Shown here: one piece after another, positions 37,347-42,469 of the stretch | Position numbering within the stretch: position 1 is the stretch's first letter | Layout of the letters: the number at the start of each line of letters is the position of its first letter | Origin: Octopus bimaculoides | Taxonomy: Eukaryota | Direction: 5' to 3' | Assembly: GCF_001194135.2 (NCBI RefSeq) | Contig: NC_068987.1 | Location: 88,109,227 to 88,151,695, forward strand | Length of the DNA stretch: 42,469 nucleotides | The notes under the pieces: model-generated | Told to the model about the DNA's origin: nothing | Database searches by the model: none | Seen by the model: the letters and a program-made list of their open reading frames with translations, nothing else | Made by a program: the position numbers and the translations under genes

Positions 37347-37607
37347 CAGTTCTATATTTAAGAGATGAGGAATTATGCACATTATTTACATTTGACGGAT
37401 ATTTGTCCTCATCTTGTTTGTTGTTAACACAACGTTTCAGCTGATATACCCTCCAGCCTTCATCAGGTGTCTTGGGGGGAAATTTCGAACCTGGGTTCTC
37501 ATTCCTAAGGTATTTTTCGATATTATCATTATTATTATTATTCAGGTCATTGCCTTGAATCGAACTTGGAATCTTGGGGTTAGTAGCCCACGCTCTTAAC
37601 CACTATG
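37347..37607 (-). mobile_element. Family D copy 2 (antisense), full length
   Basis: Reverse complement of the same head, (AAT)n, hammerhead and tail. Confidence 0.87.
37426..37471 (-). ncRNA. Minimal type I hammerhead ribozyme motif, core complete
   Basis: Minus strand reads GACAC CUGAUGA A GGCUGG-AGGGUAUA-UCAGCU GAAA C GU U GUGUU. Stem I is GACAC/GUGUU, the core is CUGAUGA plus GAAA, stem II has 6 bp, stem III is the loopless palindrome AACGUU, and the predicted GUU cleavage is between 37431 and 37430. Confidence 0.72.
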
Positions 37608-37687
37608 ACCTTATTAACCGTTGGGTATATGGCATAGTGGTTAAGACAGGCACATGCACTCGTACTCGATACCACTGACAACAACGA

Positions 37688-37942
37688 CCTTATTAGCCGT
37701 CGGGCATATGGCATAGTGGTTAAGAGCGCAGGCTACTAACTCCAAGATTTCAAGTTCGATTCAAGGCAGTGACACGAATAATAATAATAATAATGATAAT
37801 ATCGAAAAATACCTTTGGAATGAGAACCCAGGTTCGAAATTTCCCCAGGACACCTGATGAAAGCTGGAGGGTATATCAGCTGAAATGTTGTGTTAACATG
37901 AAACAAGATGAGGACAAATATCCGTCAAATGTGAATAATGTA
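37688..37942 (+). mobile_element. Family D copy 3, lacking the last ~30 nt of the tail
   Basis: Same architecture. A 5' leader CCTTATTAGCCGTCGGGCATAT precedes the tRNA head and is also present in a partial head at ~37608-37656. Confidence 0.85.
37849..37894 (+). ncRNA. Hammerhead motif, variant copy
   Basis: GACAC CUGAUGA A AGCUGG-AGGGUAUA-UCAGCU GAAA U GU U GUGUU. Stem II closes with A-U, and C15.2 is changed to U (CpG-type change). Confidence 0.6.
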
Positions 37943-39159
37943 GCACACAGTGGGACCGAACCCTAAACCATGTGGTTGGTAAATAAAATTCTTCATCACA
38001 CAGTCATATCTGCCCCTATTATTTCAGTATATTTTACAAAAGGAAAGCCACTTATCCCTCTTCCCTGATAATATTTATTTTGTTTTCCTGGATTTATTAG
38101 AAATGGTAAATTACCATAAATCAAAGCCTTTCATATTAGATTTGTCACATTGATTTTCTTTGTGCTTCAGTGTTCTCTCAAAATGCAACACATTTTTTTC
38201 CCCCCCACCTCTTGAAACTATCTGCAGCATTCATTTAAGTATTATTAGAAATTTACCATAAAGCTTATCAAAATTCATAGCAGACATTCCCAGTAATAAC
38301 AAAGTAAATCTGTTTGAAGAAATATTCATGAAGTGTGTCGTATAAATTTTTTAATGATTTTAGATCTGTTGTTATTAAGGTGGAAGTTTGAAATCCAAAC
38401 TGCTGTTGTCTGTTAAGTGATGTTTTGTTTTTTCACCATGTGACACTTGCTGTTGAAAGTTTTTAGCAATAAAGCAATTTAGATTTGAATTGATTTTATT
38501 CTGGTGTGCATTTAATTGCGTCATAAACCCATAAAGGAATCTTAAGTTTGGGTGTGTGTGTGTTTACACCAAATATCAAGTTTCTGAGCCAGGCTACTTT
38601 CTTTCTGTTTTTTTTTTTTTATTTGAAGCTGTGACATTGAGAAAGATGTGTGTATGTCTTTGTGTTTTTGTGTATAAAGTATGCATTCATCCTCATTTAT
38701 CATTGATCCGGAATAACACAATATGTTCCACAAATTGATCTGTGATAATAAGGGTTGCGGATCGAAGATTCTGTTTGGATCACAAAAGCTTGCCTGAGTG
38801 ACTATACACAATGCTGGAGACAACTTGGGATCTTGGAACGAAACCTAGTTTTCCCCATTTGTTCTTAGTCATCATCATCATTCAAAGTCCATTTTTCATG
38901 CTGGCATGGGTTGGATGGTTTGACATGAGCTGATAAGGTCAGGGGTCACACCAGGCTCCAATTGTCTGCTTTGTCCCTTTTTTTTAACACCAATCATTTT
39001 ACAGAGTGTACTGGGTGCTTTTTATACAGCACTAGCATGGATGCTTCTTACATGGCTCCAGCATGGGCTGGTTCTATTATTCATTTATCACTAATTCATT
39101 AAACAGGATTTTTTTAAAAATCAAACTCCTGTGCTAAATGAGAATAGATGTACTTACAT

Positions 39160-39191
<32 letters not shown>

Positions 39192-39694
39192 TGGTAATAA
39201 CATAGTTATATGTCTGAGGAAAGAGGGTTTTACCAAAACCTCCTGAAGTCATAAATTATAGAAGATGGAAGAATCAGAGTTTAAGAGGGGGACCAGAAAC
39301 TCTTCAAGGTAGCAGTGCTTGGAATGACAGACTATTCTATGTACAGAATGTTGGAAGAAAAATAAAATACAGCTTTGATGGTAGGGAAAAGGGTGGATTA
39401 GCTTTTGGTGGTTATTGTGGTTTGCAACCAATTAGTTTTAATAAACCGAATGCAGCAGAAAGATCTGATAGGTTTGGAGATAGTTCATTCATTTGTTTTT
39501 GTTTTGTCCTTGTAATTAAATGAGTTGATTGGCTGTAGCAGAGATTTTAATGAATTAATAATGAGTGTCTTTCACAACCTTGTAGCTCTCCCTTGATGTC
39601 AGTACTTGGCTCTGGTTTGATGGAGTAAAGCGAATGGGAGGGGGGGAATAAAGCATCTCTAGGATTGAGTGTCAATCTATCTATTGCTTGTAAT

Positions 39695-40075
39695 CATCAT
39701 CATCATTGTTTAACCCCTGCTTTCCATTCTAACATGGGTTGGACAATTTGACTGAGGACTGGTGAACCGGATGGCTGCACCAGGCTCCAATCTGATCTGG
39801 CAGAGTTTCTACAGCTGGATGCCATTCCTAACGCCAACCACTCTGAGAGTGTAGTGGGTGCTTTTACGTGCCACCAGCATGAGGGCCAGTCACGCAGTAC
39901 TGGCAATGGCCACGCTCAAAATGGTGTTTTTTACGTGCCACCTGCACAGGAGCCAGTCCAGCGGCACTGGCAACGACCTCGCTCGAATGATTTTCTAATG
40001 TGCCACTGCACAAGTGCCAGTAAAGCGACGCTGGTAACGATCACACTCAAATGGTGCTATTTACGTGCCACTGTG
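39695..40075 (-). mobile_element. Family C element, four anchors
   Basis: Anchors at 39866, 39933, 39998 and 40063 (spacing 67/65/65). Confidence 0.82.
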
Positions 40076-40104
40076 GAACTGAAACTTGAGCAACAGATAT
40101 GAAC

Positions 40105-40545
40105 ACAGGGATGCAGGTTTGATTGTATGGTAAGAAGTTAGCTTTCCAACCATATGGTTTCAGGTTCAGTCCCACTGTGTGGTACTTTTGCCAAGTATCT
40201 TCCTCTGTAGCCCTGGGCTGTCTGAAGCCTTGTGAGTTAGTTTGGTAGACGGAAATTGAAAGAAATCTCTCATCTATCTATTTGTTTGTGTGTGTGTGTT
40301 ACTGTTTCCTTACCATGATGTTGTGTGATAGTTGTATGTGAGTGTCATCATCATGCAAGCAGTGTCCTCTATTTCCAGTCTTTTGAGACATGTCTGGTCA
40401 TGGCAAAATATTACCATACTTAGAAACGGGTGAAGGTTGGTGACAGGAAGAGCATCCAGACATAGAAAATCTGCCTCAACAAATTCCATCCTACCCAAGC
40501 AAGCATGGAAAACTGAATGTGAAATGATGATGATGATGGTTATGA
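40105..40545 (+). mobile_element. Family B2 SINE
   Basis: Same architecture, with a (GAT)n tail. Confidence 0.8.
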
Positions 40546-41034
40546 TGACCTTTGACAAGCAAAGCTAATCTTTTTGACTTTCTTGCTTTGGCATCCATCC
40601 TGTTGGAGTACTATATTATTGTCTGGACTTAATCTGTGTGGATCTTTTCTTCCTGATTGATTTATGCATGGCTTTCATCCAAGAGACTTTCCAGACAATC
40701 AGCTCCATGTTTTGAGCTTGTAGTTGTCCCATAAATGTGCTTAACTACGTAATCTATATAAAGCAACTTACTCTTTCTACACATTCTCGTTATATCGGTA
40801 ATTTACAATCTCAAGTTAAACTAAGTCTCAAGTGTTTATAACCAAGTCATTTTTTCTTTACGTCAATGATTTATATTTCATTGAAACACAAACACTAAGC
40901 ATTATTCTCTTGTGATTCATTTGGGATCATAAAGCTTTCGTAAAATGAAATTGTTGATGTGTTTTATATTTTTAACATGTTTGAGCAGACCATTTTATTA
41001 ACAAACCAAATCCATGCAAATGGGTTTGCTTAGT

Positions 41035-41181
41035 CTACTGTGTGGTTGGGAAGCTTGCTTTGCAAGTACAGAGTTTCAGGTTCAGTACCACCGTTCAGTA
41101 CTTTGGCCAAGTGTCTTCTACTATAGCCCTGGGTCGACCAATTCCTTGTGAATGAATTTAGTAGAAAGGAACTGTGTATCA

Positions 41182-41244
<63 letters not shown>
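41035..41244 (+). mobile_element. Family B head running into (TG)n(TA)n and a gap
   Basis: GGCCAAGTGTCTTCTACTATAGCCCTGGGTCGACC. Confidence 0.75.
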
Positions 41245-41514
41245 NNNNNNNNNNNNNNNNNNNNNNNNNNNNNNNNNNNNNNNNNNNNNNNNNNNNNNNN
41301 NNNNNNNNNNNNNNNNNNNNNNNNNNNNNNNNNNNNNNNNNNNNNNNNNNNNNNNNNNNNNNNNNNNNNNNNNNNNNNNNNNNNNNNNNNNNNNNNNNNN
41401 NNNNNNNNNNNNNNNNNNNNNNNNNNNNNNNNNNNNNNNNNNNNNNNNNNNNNNNNNNNNNNNNNNNNNNNNNNNNNNNNNNNNNNNNNNNNNNNNNNNN
41501 NNNNNNNNNNNNNN

Positions 41515-41610
41515 TTTGGTGGAAGATTATAATTTAAAACTTATGAAAACAAAGCATTTGTATTACAGAGCCAGAGGCGGTTTCAGCCGGGTTGGTAACA
41601 AAAGGGTTAA
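41515..41610. mobile_element. Right end of a second copy of the same MITE
   Basis: Diverged duplicate of 41757-41851 ending TTGGTAACAAAAGGG-TTAA. The left part is in the gap. Confidence 0.7.
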
Positions 41611-41622
41611 ATTAATCATTTG

Positions 41623-41851
41623 TTAACCCTTTTGTCACCATTCTTCTGTTGAGATGTTCTGTGCTTCTTTCAATTAATTTTAAATATAACAAAGAATTTA
41701 GTAAAATAACTTCATTATCATTAAGCTAGTGTTAGGAACATAAATTGTGACTAAGGTTTGGTGGAAGATTATAATTTAAAACTTATGAAAACAAAGCATT
41801 CGTACTCAGAGCCAGAGGCAGTTTCAGCCGAGTTGGAAATGAAAGGGTTAA
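41623..41851. mobile_element. piggyBac-like MITE (221 bp) with TTAA duplication
   Basis: TTAA-CCCTTTTGTCACCA…TTGGAAATGAAAGGG-TTAA, with TTAA at 41623-41626 and 41848-41851. Confidence 0.75.
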
Positions 41852-42415
41852 GTGGAACCCTCATCGTTATAGCTGATGGAGTACCAGTTTTTTGTTTTTT
41901 GGAAGAGTGCACATTATTAGATTTTTGGTTGAAATTCTGTGTATATAAAATAGATGCACCATGAAGGTAATGGATGTACTATCAAGGTAAAACAGCTTGG
42001 GAAACTAGAATTTATCAAAATGTATGAAGTATAGACTGAAGTAAATTCACAGTTAAACTTAAATACATACGTGAATACAATAACAATAAAGATATCCATT
42101 AATTTAATTGAATATTTTGTCACTCAAATTTCAAATTAAATTGCAGTGAGATAAAATATTTTGTAAAATTAAATATAGACGTAAATTGATATTTCTTTTA
42201 AGTACATCCCACTTTGCACATGCAACCTTGCGGAAGAATATTTACTGCAGAGTCACATTTTAGTTGTCATTCCACTGAGTGTTTTCCTTCTTTAATGCTG
42301 TAATTCTCTGTACATTCTCTTTTGAACATCAATTTTCTGTTTGATGGAAATTGGCTCAATTCATTTCTCTTTGGTAGGCTTTTACCTTTCACCTAACATT
42401 TTGTATGTTTATGTA

Positions 42416-42469
<54 letters not shown>

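Larger units (their letters stand above)
661..41514. other. Assembly gaps
   Basis: N runs at 661-681, 1728-1807, 10229-10238, 11038-11331, 21235-21812, 22752-23339, 24109-24347, 29101-29495 and 41245-41514. Confidence 0.99.
1..42469. repeat. Very dense microsatellites: (TA)n, (TG/CA)n, (AAT)n, (GAT/CAT)n, (TAG)n
   Basis: Examples at 1065-1090, 2137-2170, 10130-10175, 12938-12978, 14039-14078, 32918-32944, 34781-34810, 41183-41244 and 42420-42469. Most are SINE middles or tails. Confidence 0.95.
8970..42469 (+). other. Large TE-filled intron of AP2A (no exon 2 seen; >=33.5 kb unless exon 2 lies in a gap)
   Basis: By-eye scan found no sequence encoding the expected CKSKEAExKRINKELANIRSKFK downstream. 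Seven N-gaps lie within this interval. Confidence 0.65.

Noticed and set aside
10958-41626. Long ORFs of 100-320 aa in the track (e.g. 21068-21820, 22637-23608, 29097-29669, 41148-41537)
   Set aside because: They stay open only because they run through N-gaps and microsatellites, and they have no protein-like content.

Overview
AT-rich, microsatellite-dense animal genomic DNA with nine N-gaps. It is probably cephalopod (Octopus-like); this is inferred from the SINE repertoire, not shown directly. Only one host coding exon is recognisable: the ATG exon of AP-2 complex subunit alpha (alpha-adaptin), [21 protein letters not shown], at 8906-8969 (+). The next coding exon is not visible in the following 33.5 kb, so most of the window appears to be one large intron. 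The rest is transposon-derived: at least five tRNA-derived or RTE-tailed SINE families (my labels A-E), an internally deleted mariner with intact TIRs, a 3' R4/Dong-type LINE fragment, RTE fragments, a Helentron/HINE-like element and TTAA-flanked piggyBac-like MITEs. The best candidate system is family D, a ~260-bp tRNA-headed SINE-like element carrying a minimal type I hammerhead ribozyme. Two copies sit in an inverted composite typical of Penelope-like elements. In addition, all three complete young family A SINEs inserted at the same position of host family B SINEs. Almost all ORFs in the supplied track are artefacts of gaps, microsatellites or SINEs. SINE boundaries are approximate unless a TSD is given.
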